Shown piece after piece: positions 36,870 to 51,372 of a DNA stretch of 64,000 nucleotides. The DNA is taken from assembly GCA_964270895.1 (NCBI GenBank), contig OZ185435.1. One strand, 5' to 3'. Below the pieces are notes generated by a model. That model made no database searches, had not been told where the DNA came from, and saw only the letters and a program-made list of their open reading frames with translations. The position numbers and the translations under genes were made by a program. Origin of the DNA: Podarcis filfolensis (lineage: Eukaryota). How positions within the stretch are numbered: position 1 is the first letter of the stretch; every line of letters begins with the position of its first letter.

Positions 36870-37084
36870 CTAAGATTCCTCTGCAATTTGAAGCAAGGAA
36901 TTGATAGCAGCATCCTTGTTCCCTCTCTGGGCTTCTAGCACTGAACGGATTACTTCTCTGTCCATGTTGGGGAACATGTCCTGGATAGATTTTAAATCCT
37001 CTTCATTACATACATGCTGAGGGTTGACAGCGGGAGGTGGAACTGCCACAGGTACCATGCCTGGGTTACAAACGGTAGGCATTC
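36870..37084 (-). CDS. TOLLIP: TOLLIP last exon (CUE domain + stop)
   Basis: TTCCAG| acceptor. Encodes GMPTVC...[47 protein letters not shown]. Confidence 0.97.
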
Positions 37085-40000
37085 CTGGAAAATAGAGAGA
37101 GACAGTTGAGGAAGACTGGCAAGTATTTTTTAAAAATGATGAAATAGCTTTCAAATACCATCAAACTCATGGAGTTAAAGCACAGTTAAGACAGAGATAG
37201 GGAACCAGTGGCATTTCAGATGCTGTTCAAGTCCCAGTCAGCAGCATCAATGACCAGAGATGATGGAAATTACAGTTCAACAACATCAGGAGGACCAAAC
37301 ATTCCCCATCCCTAGGTTAATACGACTCTTAGGCCTAACTTTCCACAAGTTCAAAGTGTTTAGTGGGTAAAATCTTCCTGTTTAGTAATGGTATTATGTT
37401 CTAGATGTAAAATCACAGACAAACAAACGCAAGAATGAACTATTTTAATTAAAGAGCCCATTTGCTATTTTGGAAAATTAGCTATTTACAAGACTGGAAG
37501 TTGCCAAGCACCTAAAAACTGGCTACTAATGCCAAAAATCTGAAAAGCCTGGTTAGTCCCATGCAGTCCTTGTGCTTAAACAGAAAATACTGCCTCCTAA
37601 ATATTTCACGCTGGATCCTATTAATACAATTCCTGCCCCTAACCTTAAGTTTAGATAGTGAACAGGATTTTGCTATAAAAAGGTAACCTTGAACCACAGA
37701 TAAATGCATCAGTATCAGCCACAATTTGCACTACTGGAGAAGTAATAATGATATTGAAGACACAAGATGTTAATGATTCCACTAGCTGATATTGTTAGCA
37801 AGAGGTGTTCCTACCATCTTGACATTACAGCCAGTAAAAGCAAAAATCAGAACAAATGTTTTTGATTGGAAATCAAATGTATAAATTAATTGATTTGTTT
37901 TTAGTCACTATATAGAGTAGGTGATAACTCCATCGTTGACAAAATGCAATATAACTATCAGGACTGTGAGAAGAGGTCATTGCGAAAACTATTTGGGAGA
38001 AGCTGTTGAAGTATAATATAATATTCAAATTAGCTGCAATCCAGACTGCCAAAAGTCCATGCTGAATTCTTCAGATTATTCTGTGACCTCATCCAAAGTT
38101 GCACAAGCCTGTAGATCAGCAGTGAGGAATCCGTGGCCTGCAGGCCTAGGCCACATATATGACATCAAGTGTGGGTCAGGAAGACACAGTTAGGCAAAAA
38201 TGGTTTTTTGCAAGTGCTAACCATTATGGGTTCGCCAGAGCTTCTGTATACATCATTATGCAAGGCACAATGACCCATTGATCCTCCCCACTTCTGTGCA
38301 CAGTTATGCAAGTACCAACAATCAGCAGTTCCTCAAAGGGGTGCGTCAACAGCATTATGCAAAAATGTATCACCTGACATTAAGTGATTGACAAGTGGGT
38401 AAGCTCGTCTCTCATACTTTGCCCATGGTGGGTAGGGGAAATAAGGAGCATCGGCTGCCAGCTGGCTCCAGTTTCCCAACCCAGCTCTAAATAGTTGTAT
38501 ACTCTTGTCTGGCACAACTCAGCTCTTAAGAATACACTTGTGTGAGTCTAAAAGCTTTCTTCTATTATTTAAGACATTTGATTAAGCTAATGATAGTAGT
38601 ATACCAGAATTTGTTGTGATTTTCATTCTGTGCAAGAAACAAAGCTCCTAATAATCTGACAATCAATGTTGCCAATTAAAATAAAAGTAACATTAAAATT
38701 ATTTTCTTATCACAAGACAGACAGTTCAATTATTTATGAAATAACCTACCTGAATTAAAACTGATCAACACTAGTACTGAATAATACGTATTTCAATGTA
38801 CACAGAGTTGTTCATGGGATGTTATTTCCTACTTACAAAGGATGTATTTCAAATTTTATGAAACAGGTTTGGTCTCAATGCACCAGCATGGCTGCAGCAA
38901 GAAGCATTCAGGCATAAGCACTGGCATTTAATAAAACATAAATGCAAAAATGGCAATGTGTTTGATAATGCACACTGGCTATTTACAAACAAGCAATGAA
39001 AACTGACTTGAAAATAAATGTATTCAAGTTGTACAGAAAATCCTGCAGAATTGAAAACAAAATTCTAGTACAGTCAAGTGCCTTCATATCCCAGTACCCT
39101 AACCCCCTCAAAATTTCCTAAGCAAAAGTCAAAGCTATCAATGTTTATCAGTGGAACACATTCAAATGTCACAAACAGGAGGGGTGGAATCTAACTTTCA
39201 TGAGCATCTCTGTATCTTACTTAAAATGCTGCTCCATACTTTCTTTATCTTTTAGACACTTTCTTCTGTCAATACCTATGATGGAGGTCAGAAATAATTC
39301 CGGGACAGATAAAAATGCTAACAGTTGCATTATATCCCCCAACTCCACCCTGTGCCTGCTCCAAATTTTGGACATTGAACATTTTACTAAATGAGAAAAG
39401 AGACACTTGACTGGACATTTTTATACTGCAGTTAACAGTGAGGATGTCACAATACTCCTTCTGATTTCAAGTCATACGGTGTTGCACTATGGGCCACAAC
39501 ATTTTACAAAGGAGAAAGGGGGAATGCAGCCTAAGTAGCTTTCATTCCTCCCCCCCCCCCCATTTTTACGGCAACATGACAAATAGGACTTGCAAATCAC
39601 TGCTGCAATAAGCCAGATAGTTACTGGAGCTTAGGAACTCCTCAGAGGCAATTGACAAGTCCCATATTATAGTCAGTGTTGGGTAGCCCTGATGAAATTG
39701 ACTTCAAAGTAGTTATTTTTAAAGAAGCAAATTAGCAGGTTCCATCCCTGCCCACAAGTTGATAAAAAACTAATCTGTCACTGAAGAATATTGACCAAGT
39801 GTGTACGTTCCAGATCACAGTCAAATGGGCATTAAGTACCCAGTAGCAGTTTTGTGAGTGCAATCTGTCTTTAGGCGGCTTGGAAAAGCCAGGTTGATAA
39901 CACTGCAAAACTGATCTTATCTGTGGAGCAACTGATCAAAAGCAAAGATGAAAGCAGATGATTTAAAATCTAATAGGCAAGCAAATTAATGACAAGATGG

Positions 40001-42003
40001 TTTACTGGAGAACCCAATGGGATATGATTTTTGCCCTTCCGCAGCTTTACAACTTTTAATTTTAAGATTGTTTGGTGTTGTAGCGCAACCACCATCCTCC
40101 TCAGCACAGAAATCCAGAACCAAGGTAAAATGGTTGAAAATGGAAACAGTTAAGCTTGGGCATTAAATTGGCCATGCTCTCTCTTGAACTAGGCCCAGAT
40201 TTAGCATAGGAGCAATGTAAGAAATTCATGGTTTGACAACTCTGTGCCAATGCCATGCCTGCTCAGGAAAAGCCTTTTCTGCAACCGAAACAGAAGTCAT
40301 CTTTGAAAACAGCATAGGGCAGGTCCTGAACATAGAACGTGTACTGAAACATATAAAAATGGTACAGACTAGTGGAAGACAAGGTACTATTTGACACTCC
40401 TTTCTTTTGTTATTATGTTCAAAAGGAACTAAGACATGCTAGAGGTACCACCTCTTAGTTCACAAAGTCCTTTCTCCAGCCCAGAGTAGGAAAATGAACA
40501 TTCAGGCACTAGCCCTCCTTTCAAAGAGTGACTACAAGCATGGAAAAGCTACTTTAATTTATTTCAAGGATTATTTGTACTGTGTGTCCTCTGACAGCAG
40601 CTATCTCTTCCCTAAGGTAGAAACAATTCTGCTAGGTTCACCCCTTTCCTACTCAAAAGTGCACAAGTTCAGATTCCTTCAAATTCACAAGACAAGTGAT
40701 AAATAACTTTTAAACTTTGGAGCCTTATTGCAAATGCAAGCAATTTCTTTTATTAAAAATAAGTGAAGTCATACAAATTTCCAGGGGGAGGTCTGTCAGG
40801 GGATGGAGTGATAAATGAGTATGGAAAAAGTGACAACACAAAACTTAATGCTAATATATATATTAATGTCATCAAGAACACTAATGGAAAGTTTGGAGAG
40901 AAACTTCTGCCAACTTTAAGATAAATAAACCTACTATTTGTAATAACAAAATTTGTTATTGTATGAAGAACTACCTTCCATTTTTCTAACACATTTTTGT
41001 TTCCCACTGAAATCACATAGGATAAAATAAATAATTCTGAAATTGGTGTATTGTGACATCCACCTGCAATTTCTTGTATTGCAACATATTGCATACAAAT
41101 AAAAAGCAGTTTGCATGATCTCATGCATAATTCTTGTTCCTGTTGAATGGGATGCAAAAAGAATTAAGAAGACTTACCCAGAGCCAAGTATTCAAGCCCT
41201 GAGGACAGGTGAAAGTGTGGGAAAGGAATAAAACATGGAAAACAGGCATTATTCTACTTAATGCTAGGAAATTTCCTCCAAGGAGACTGAATTCGGACAT
41301 ACTACAGATTTTAGATGCCAGGATTTTGCCTGCTGTTTCAAACAGCAACATGCAATCCTATGGATATTTTTACTAACACATCTAGTGATCTACACTTACC
41401 CCATGTCATTACATCCTATGAAATGATTAAGTAATGTCCACCATTTCCATTTTATTGACACCATACTGTCCCAAATTGTCTATTTCTCTTCTTGCCCATA
41501 TCATCAGAGTTCCTGTCGTCCTAGTTCCTGCCACACATAAGCACACTTCTATACATCTAGCCACCCTTATATTTCACGTGGTAAAAGGAATGGGGGAAGT
41601 AAGATTCCAACAATGCCAAACATGAAGAATAAGTTTCATAATTCAAGTTGATTACTTTGATGGGTGGGTAGAGATCAAAAAAATAATTCCAGTTTATAAA
41701 ATTTGTTAGAAGAATACCATTTCTACTATCCAAGAATAAAGACTTCTTAGACTTCCTCCTGTGAATGTGGAAAACCTAACTTCTACAAATAACATAACTA
41801 AATACATATTACAATTTAGGTATTGCTGTCTACAGCTGGAAGATCATGATAACACCTGGTGTCCAACCTTTTTACTGCATATGTACTACAGAATTTTAGA
41901 AGATGCATTTTATCTAATTAATTGCTAAAACCTTTGAAAATGATGAGTCAATGGGACTGAATAGATGACATTCTGTACTTCATCCATCACATATACTGTT
42001 TTT

Positions 42004-42005
<2 letters not shown>

Positions 42006-42043
<38 letters not shown>

Positions 42044-42064
42044 CACACACACACACACACACAC
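42006..42064. repeat. (TG)17-TATA-(CA)n compound microsatellite
   Basis: Contains a perfect 46-bp palindrome at 42019-42064. Confidence 0.95.
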
Positions 42065-44003
42065 CAGAGAGGGTGGACAACAGGGTATCCTTCACTTCTT
42101 TACAAATATTTAATGGCATCACAGGCTGTTTTGCACAGCCCCTTTTCAGTCCATCTCTGTTTACTTTTCCTGCCAAGGTACAACTAATCCTAACCCCTTT
42201 GTGCCTATATCCCCCCTGCTAAGTATCTGTTTCCTCAGCATGATAGCATCTTATCCTGTTCCTAGATCACAAACACCCTGTTAATTGATGGCAACTGCAA
42301 AGCCACACATTTGCAGTTCACAGCTATGAGTGAAATGTCCCTCATCAGCAAAAGCCTTTGGCTCTCTACAGAATCTGATCTTTAGGTCCAGTCTCTAAGT
42401 CTGCAGTCACACAGATCAGTCAGCATCAAGACTGTTTCAAATCAATTTAAGACTTCTCACTCACCACTGGTATCTCTTTCTTCCTTATTTTAGAACCTAA
42501 GCCAAACCTCAATCACTCTGCATGCTTTATCTATCACATCTTCCCAGCAATCAAGCAGAGTACCATCCAATCTTGCAATATGGTTTAAGTGACAACTTGT
42601 CATAATGGCTGGAGCCAATAGGTGTTGTTGTCTATGGTGTTATATATGGAAGGCATCACACTATCTACCCATGGCCTAGGTTAAAAGGCTAAATGCTGTG
42701 AAAGTGCCAGAAATTTTTACACTTCTCAGTCCTTTCAACAGACCATGCAAAGGCTGAATGAAGTTGTACATCATACTAAGAACTAGACAGCAATGAACCA
42801 TTCTTCTCAAATATGGACTGCATGATTCTGATACATACTACATTATTCGCTGTAATAAGACACCCAGAGGAGGAATATCACCAATGCATAAGCTGAATAA
42901 AGATTGCAGAGCTATTAACAGGACATCTGGATCTCAGTCATAACTGAGGCTTGAAGAAGCACACTACTGAAGCTTTGTAAGTATGATAAAATACATGCTA
43001 CTGGCAATGTAATATTTATTCATTCACTGCAGAAACACTCCATGCACATATGCAAGACAATGTACATACCCTGTTCTTCAATTCATCAAAATATAGGGTA
43101 ACTGAGTTTTGCAATACTACAAAGTTATGCCCTTGTTTTTACAATACTGCAAGTTGCTAAGTAGAAGTAAGAGGGAGACATTCTCTATCACATCTGGCAG
43201 ACTGAATAATTTGGGTTTACAGTCAAATTCAAACGACCAGTTTGTTTTTGAAAGTAAGATTTATTATTGAAGGGGTTCTAAAGACTGGGTAGAATATGCC
43301 ATAGATATTTAAAGGCTTGAAGCCAATTGTTCAGTATTTAAAAACTTTTTAAACAAAATATATATTAGTTGCTGGAGCTAAGGCCTTCATTTAAGAACAA
43401 GTACAATGAAAAAGGTATTTCCTTCTAGAGATCAATAAAAAAGATTTTCCTAATTAATTGCTCCACAATGGACTAATCATTTTAATGACCAGAGACGATA
43501 TCCAATGTTAGTCATACTCAAGAGTAGCTCCACTGAAATACATGGACAAGTCATTTAAGGCTAATGATTTCAATGGGTCAAGTTTGTGTATTACCAGCAT
43601 TGAGTGCCACCCCATATTTTTAAGTGAAAAGTGAAACTATGAATGAAAGATATCCACCAGTTAAAAGCAATATGATGTATCTGATTAGTAATGAAGCCAG
43701 AGATGACTTAACTTCTTCAGCTAGGGTTGTTCAGTCTTCCCACCCCTGCCCCCAAATTGCTTAGTGGGATAAAGGAGCAAGGGCCCAAATCAGCCCATGG
43801 GCCATTTCCTTCCCTGGTTTAAGTGAATTTAAAAGGCATTTTGCTAAATGAACCAACAAAAAGTTGAATGCTATGGTATGAAATATTCAAAGTGTTTTAT
43901 TCCATCATAATATATAGACATATAACCATGCAAATACACAGGTAGATTACAGTGTAGCATAGCATCAAACTGACAGTCTTAGAGACTGTCTAGCACCTTA
44001 GAG

Positions 44004-44138
44004 CAGGCATCCCAAACTTGGCTCTCCAGCTGTTTTGGGACTACAACTCCCATCATCCCTAGCTAACAGGACCAGTGGTCAGGGATGATGGGAGTTGTAG
44101 TCCCAAAACAGCTGGAGGGCTGAGTTTGGGGATGCCTG
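44004..44138. mobile_element. hAT hairpin MITE (135 bp)
   Basis: TIRs CAGGCATCCCAAACT / AGTTTGGGGATGCCTG; perfect TSD CCTTAGAG; 37-bp perfect internal stem. Confidence 0.94.
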
Positions 44139-45575
44139 CCTTAGAGACTAACATATGTACTGTCACATAAGCTTCAATTGTGACAATATCCCTGATAAAC
44201 TAAAAGTGATCAGCAAATTTGGAATTATTTCATAGTACAGGTGCTAGGCTAGCGTAGCTAGAAAGATAGCATGACTGATTTAAATTGATCACTATTATTA
44301 CCGTGTACAGTAAGCTCGCAACTCACATGTATTTATCTTGTGTGCATTCACTTGATACTTAAAAAAAGTAGAAAGGGGGCAGAAAGGCGGTAGGCAGAGA
44401 GGCTATAAAGTCTCAACTATCAGAAGTTTGGTAAATGTTTGAATATACAAATCATGCCCAACAAAAACATTTTAGGAAAAAATGGTGAAATATGCACTTC
44501 AGTCTGATCCTTAGTCACAAATTTTTGTCGAACATCATCATATTGGTGCGACATGTCATAAGCCTTCAGCCTTTGAAGAAGCTGACATCTTGCCATCCCA
44601 ACTCCATAATGGATACTGAGTTGAAAATTTGTTTTTATAGAAGGCTAAATATTCTTATGTACAGTAGCACCAGAAAACAGGGAATGCAAGATAAGGAGAG
44701 ATTTGCAGGGAGAAATAATTTTTGAAGAGCAATAGGAGAAAACTCACTATGGAGGTACAAGTCCAAATGGCATGGCAAGAACTTTGGTGCACGAGGGATA
44801 GGAGAGCTTGTGTTCACACAGTTTTCCTGTACCCTAAACACAGCCCACTACTTCCACATAATTTTAAATACTAGGAAAATCAATAGACCAGAAGGCAAGC
44901 TGCTGGTTTAATCCATTTTACTCCTGGAGTTGTTCTCACTGTTGATCACCAACCCTGTATATGTGCAGATATGGAGCAATGCAGATAAACATCCATTCTT
45001 TCACATAAAGAGGAAATAAATGTTTTATACATTTCTAAACTTGTTCCAGTCAAAGGAGAGGGAGAGGATGTGAAACTTTTCATGAATACAAGCCAACAGG
45101 AGGCCTGTGACATTCACATAAAAATTATACATGCTTCTAACACAGCAGTACTTATTGCACTGAAAACAAATTATTTTGGCTTTTACTTGATACTGTTTGA
45201 AGCACTACATAAACCTGTATAAGTAGTCTGGCCAAAAATAGTGTGTACCACATACTGGGCCAATTCAGATACTATGGTAGACCAGAGGTGGGGGGAACCT
45301 CTGGCTGCTGGGCCTACATAGGCCAGGATGGGTCCAACTTGGACAGCAATGCCACCCTCCACAAACCACACTAGGTGTGGGCAGGTACAGCCCTGGCAGC
45401 AAAGGACCAATCAAGAGCTCCCAAGTAATCCTCTGCAAGCAGGGCTCCTTGTCAGTGCTGATCACCTAATCTGAGTCAACAGGGAGCCCTGCATCCAAAC
45501 AACTTCCCTTAAACAGACTTCAGAGGCGTTACCTGTAACCGCTGGTCAGCTAGCTGATGGTGGTTACAGCAAGAA

Positions 45576-45902
45576 CCGTATATACTTGAGTATAAGCCGA
45601 CTTTTCAGCACATTTATAATGCTGAAAAAGCCCCCCTTGGCTTATACTCAAGTGAGGGTCCTTTCAGGTTGCTCCTTCCTCCTCCTCCGCCTTTGCTGCT
45701 ATTGGCAGCGGTGGAGGAAGAATGAGCAGCCCGAAATCAGCCCTTTCGGGCTGCTTGTTCTTCCTCCGCTGCTGCTGCCACCACCAGGTTTGTGGTGTGG
45801 TGAACCGGCTTATACTTGAGTCAATAAGTTTTCCCAGCTTTTTGTGGTGAAATTAGGTGCCTCGGCTTATATTTGGGTTGGCTTATACTTAAGTATATAT
45901 GG
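45576..45902. mobile_element. Tc2/pogo-like MITE with internal GC-rich hairpin
   Basis: TIRs CCGTATATACTTGAGTATAAGCC / GGCTTATACTTAAGTATATATGG; TA on the right flank; internal GGCTTATA repeats. Confidence 0.85.
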
Positions 45903-46419
45903 TACTTTAGATTAAATGTAGATTCCTGTGTTCTCTGATGCCAAACAACTGTTGCTAATTTTAGCTATGGTTAGTGGAAACAAGTCAACTTCAAACCCCA
46001 GTTAATGAAGCTGGCTTGTTACCACTAACCATAACTAAGATTAACCACAGATTGGGTCTCGACAACACACTAAACTGTGGTTCATTTAAAGAGAGAATTT
46101 GAAGTGTTGTTTTTTTTTAATCTCTTCTCAGTCATTGCCTGGGGTGGGTGGGTTGTAAACCCAAGGCTCGCTAAGGCTTGTTCAAAATGTAGCCACGCTG
46201 ACAGCTGTATAAATCCTTCAGTTCTGTGAAAATCTGTAAACAGCTTGAGCATGCAAGTGCCTTATTAGTCTCCAAATTATAGTTTCATACTGAATGTTTG
46301 ATTTTAAATGCTGGGTACTTCAAAGAACAGAGCTTGTCTCTGCCTCTGGTTTTAAATTAGCAATTTCTAAGAGACTTGTTTTTCAAAGCTCAAATTAAAA
46401 AGAAAAAGGAGTTACATAC

Positions 46420-46510
46420 CTGCTATAGGCACATATCCAACTCCTTGCTGATACACTGTGGGCATCAGGACCACTGGCTGAGGCTGCATCATCATGGCAG
46501 CTGGTAAGGA
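46420..46510 (-). CDS. TOLLIP: TOLLIP exon 5
   Basis: CCAG| ... G|GTATG, 91 nt. Encodes [30 protein letters not shown]. Confidence 0.96.
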
Positions 46511-47841
46511 CTGGATATCAAAAGACAGCAAAACTAATGAGTATTTGAAAATTATTCTAGGAACAAAACAAAGCAGCAAGAAAATGCACAAAAACCACTT
46601 AAGTCCTGCCATACAAAGGCTAGGAAGCAACTTTTTGGCACAAGTCAGTAAATGCCAACACATCCCAGGAAAATTAAATGAGTTCCATTGAATTAAAAGA
46701 CATTTCAAAGGAACTATAATAACCTATAAATAGAGAGTTCCATCTGCTCAAATCAAGTTATGCTTTTATGATAAATTGCAGGCAGTTTAGGCACTGTTTC
46801 ACTCAGAGTACAATACTGAGCTTCAGAATAATTTCTGTGGCCCGGATCCGGAAATGTGAAAGTAGAAGAAATTCTGCTAGTGCTGATGCTTTGTGAATTG
46901 GTGCACAAGAGCTAACAGAAGACACTGTGCTACATTATGCAAGTACTTGCACAATGAATTGCACGGACAAACCACTTCTGGATAAAACCCTGCTTTTTGT
47001 ACACTGTTACTTCTCACAATGTGAGAAACTGGAATAAGCTTCATTTACAAATTTTCCTGTAGAAAAATATCATTCCCCAGTTTAGAAACAAAACATGAAG
47101 ACCATCAGCAAAATTCTCGTCAGTGCCATTCATCATTAATAATTGTTCTCTCTCATAAAAAATTACCTTATATATTCATATTCCCAAAGGTTTATCCATA
47201 ACACACACAGTATTTTTAGTAGGACACAATGGGTCATTCTATATCAAGTGATCCAACTTTTTTACCTCATATCATCCAATTTTCTTAATATTTTGTACAC
47301 TTGTTGAATGATCAAAACTAAGTTTAAATATCATTTTTTTTATCTCATCCCATTTTCACGTTATGAGGGTTTGAAATTTCTGAAAAATTGCAATTGTTTT
47401 GGTTTTGCTGGACTACACAAAAACCTTAAAGACTCAGCCCAGGTTTGAGATACATCAAAACTAAAAACACCAATCTCTTCAGAACTACATGGGCTTTAAT
47501 ATGATATGTTACATTTGCTCTGAATTTCAAATGTAAGTTACAAAATTTCCAAAAGTGATTAAAAAAAATTAATATGATTCAAAATTTCCAGGTAATTTGG
47601 AGATTTTGTGGAAGGAGATTCTGTTAATCTTGGCTTTCAATATGCAGTTCTGTTAATTCTGATACACCTTTACATGTTATCTACTCACTTCTCTATTCTC
47701 TTCATGTATCAAACAGACTTTGAGTAGTTCAATATAGCAAGTTTCAGAAGTTCACTGCCTCGGGTTCCAACAAAGCCTCTTTCCGCCCCATTTCGTCAGC
47801 AAACTCATTGCCTCCTGCACTAAAGCAACTATTGTCAATTA

Positions 47842-48015
<174 letters not shown>

Positions 48016-48969
48016 TTAGGTAATTATGAGGAGAAGAATTTAAAGGGACAGAAATGTAAGTGTCACTATCAGTTTTAAAATTTTGCTATTTCACATTAAA
48101 GTTAAAATAATTGTGCTTTCAATGGAATCAAGTTCTCATCTGTTCTTCAAAAGTAGGCTAATTGTCCTTCCTAATCCACTCATAAGGAGAAACACCATGG
48201 TTCATGGATAACTTGGAGCACTAAGATTAACAGAAAAATAAACACAAGAACTGGAAAGTAACATTTCTTCAAACCTAGTGGATTTAATATAAAATTAAAG
48301 GGATCAATTCAAGTTATTGCTGAGCAGATAGGCCTAGGTCCATCAGCACAAGCATTTTTGCTTGTTTGATGAAACAATCTGCCCTCTCTCCACCAGTGTG
48401 CTGTTCTAGGGATTCTCCCAAGTCAATTTGGGGCAAGGAGGCAGGGAGAAAGCCCTGTTGCACCAGCAGAAATCCTTCTGTGGTTTTCCGCTGACAGGAT
48501 TAGTTAGCTGAATTTGGCCCAAAGACTCTTACCAGTGCCAAACTTTTTCTATTGTCATTATAAGTTAAAGAGACAAACAGGAACTGAACAAGGAGATTTT
48601 AAAATGGTGTGGAATTCCAAGCACTGTATCCAATGATTACAAAGCAAAAAGCAACTACTCCCCTTCCCCCTCTTACTATAGCTTTGTGCAACACCGTTCA
48701 CAAACGTTTAGTAGTTCTGCCAACTTTCGAGAGTGGTTTTTGGGGAGGTACAGGGAGAAGAAGGATAAGGGAAAATATTGGATGTGTGAATTGCCATAGG
48801 CTTTTTCAACCACTGGCTGCAACCTCAAGATTTTGTTTTAGAAACATTACAATAATGCACACAGATGGCTACTTAAAGCCTCTAAAGAAGAGTGGAAACA
48901 GGTCAGATCAAATTATGGCCAACCCCCTGTAGACCACATTTGACAGATGGACAGAGCTACAGAGGAATA

Positions 48970-49221
48970 CAGTCATACCTCATGTTACGTTTGCTTCAGG
49001 TTGCGTGTTTTCAAGTTGTGTCCTGGTGCGGCCCGGAAGTACCGAAAAGGGTTACTTCCAGGTTTCGCCGCTCGTGCATGCACAGACACGCAAAATGACG
49101 TCACACGCATGCAAAGAAGCGGTGAATCGCAACCCGCGTGTGCGCAGACATGGGTTGCGTTCCTTTCAGGTTGCGAAGGGGGCTCTAGAACAGATCCCGT
49201 TCGCAACCAGAGGTACCACTG
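48970..49221. mobile_element. Tigger-like MITE, 252 bp, CpG-rich
   Basis: TA|CAGTCATACCTCATGTTACG ... CGCAACCAGAGGTACCACTG|TA. Confidence 0.85.
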
Positions 49222-49839
49222 TAATCAAAAAACCACTCTATGGCTCCTGGTTGTTTCTTTGCAGCTCCAGTTTTCTGTCCCACTCAAAGTCAACGATGTC
49301 AGGTGAGTGACATGTGTGTGTGGTGTGGCCAAGGGAGAACAGCCTTGTGGGGCTACACTTGGAAGGCGAGACAAGCCTAACTTGGCAAGAGGCTTCTCAC
49401 CCATGCTCTAAAGTAAATAAACCTAATTCATGCAAGTGAAACATTGCCTTGGAGAATTACCAGCATGAGAACTAGGAGCTACCTAGTTTGGGAGAAAAAA
49501 GTAACTGCCAGATGGATGCATGAACTGATTTTTATGTTTAAGAAAACATTATATTTTTGCACTGATAATATGAAGTGTTTGCATTTATAGCGAAAGGGGA
49601 ATAATTTCTGTGAGAGTTGCTATCTGGAGCTAATTTTGGGAGGCACAGGAGGCTGCATGGGGGAATTGGAATTGGAAGCAATTGCCTGCCCTCCTTTCCC
49701 CATTAGCAGAGGCACTGAAGAGATCAAAAGCCCTTCCATAAGCACAACGATACAGATTTCATAGTGTTTTGCCAATTTTGCTTAAGGAAGCAGACAAAGG
49801 TTCTGTATTTTTTTTAGGCTCAGCTCTCAATACAGACTA

Positions 49840-50181
<342 letters not shown>

Positions 50182-51120
50182 CTAAGGAAGTAGACAAAGG
50201 AAATGAATAATGTTGTTATTAGCTTTCCATGCACCTTCCTAGACTGAAGTGTCTACATTTTTTAGTTGCAATCAGCATATTAATGGTGATATCAACCACT
50301 GAGAAGTAAAATTCTGTAAACAGAGTAGATTTGAATAAAGATTCAAATTAAGGCATTCTGCTCAATGAGTTACAATGCCTCAATTCAAATGAAATCTGCA
50401 ATGATTCCATTTAAATACACTCTGCCCACAACACTACAGATCTACTTTGTCCAAGTAGAAATGCTAGCCATAATAAAAAGATGTTCATATTGATTTATTT
50501 GTACAAGTTTAGTTTAGGGCTTTTTTGTAATCTGTTAGCAACTGATTTACGTGTTCATAGGGTTTATTTGCTGTGAGAACAAAGTCTGCATTCATTTTCA
50601 AGGTATATATAGACAAAAATAGCATAACCTTAGATAATGAATCTCCAAAATGTTTGAAGTTTTTTCATTTAAATATTTTCCAGTTACATTGAACCAGTTA
50701 TTCCAAAATCACCACAGAGCTACTAAAACTTTTCATGTTCTAAATAAGCACTTCAAAACCACCACAAAAATGTTAAATGTCTGAAGTTAGATGATGAAAA
50801 ACCTACTGATGGAGAGCACATGTTCTCTCAGTTCCTATATACTGCCTTCACAGTAGATGCTGATGAGTGGTTTCATAGGAAGATTACACTAATATGCACT
50901 GAAATCATGCAATTCTGAACATAAATAGCAAGTGAAAACTGTATGCAGTTAGTTGTACCCTGCAAGATCAATGCAAACTGCTTATTAGCCAGGAACCAGT
51001 GATACTCTTTTTAAAGCTACTGTCAGCGTCTGTGCATAACTATGACAACACTGTATTTAGCACTACATCCCAGGAATCTACAAAATGTAAACATGTGCCA
51101 CATCTAACATGTACATTTCA

Positions 51121-51372
<252 letters not shown>

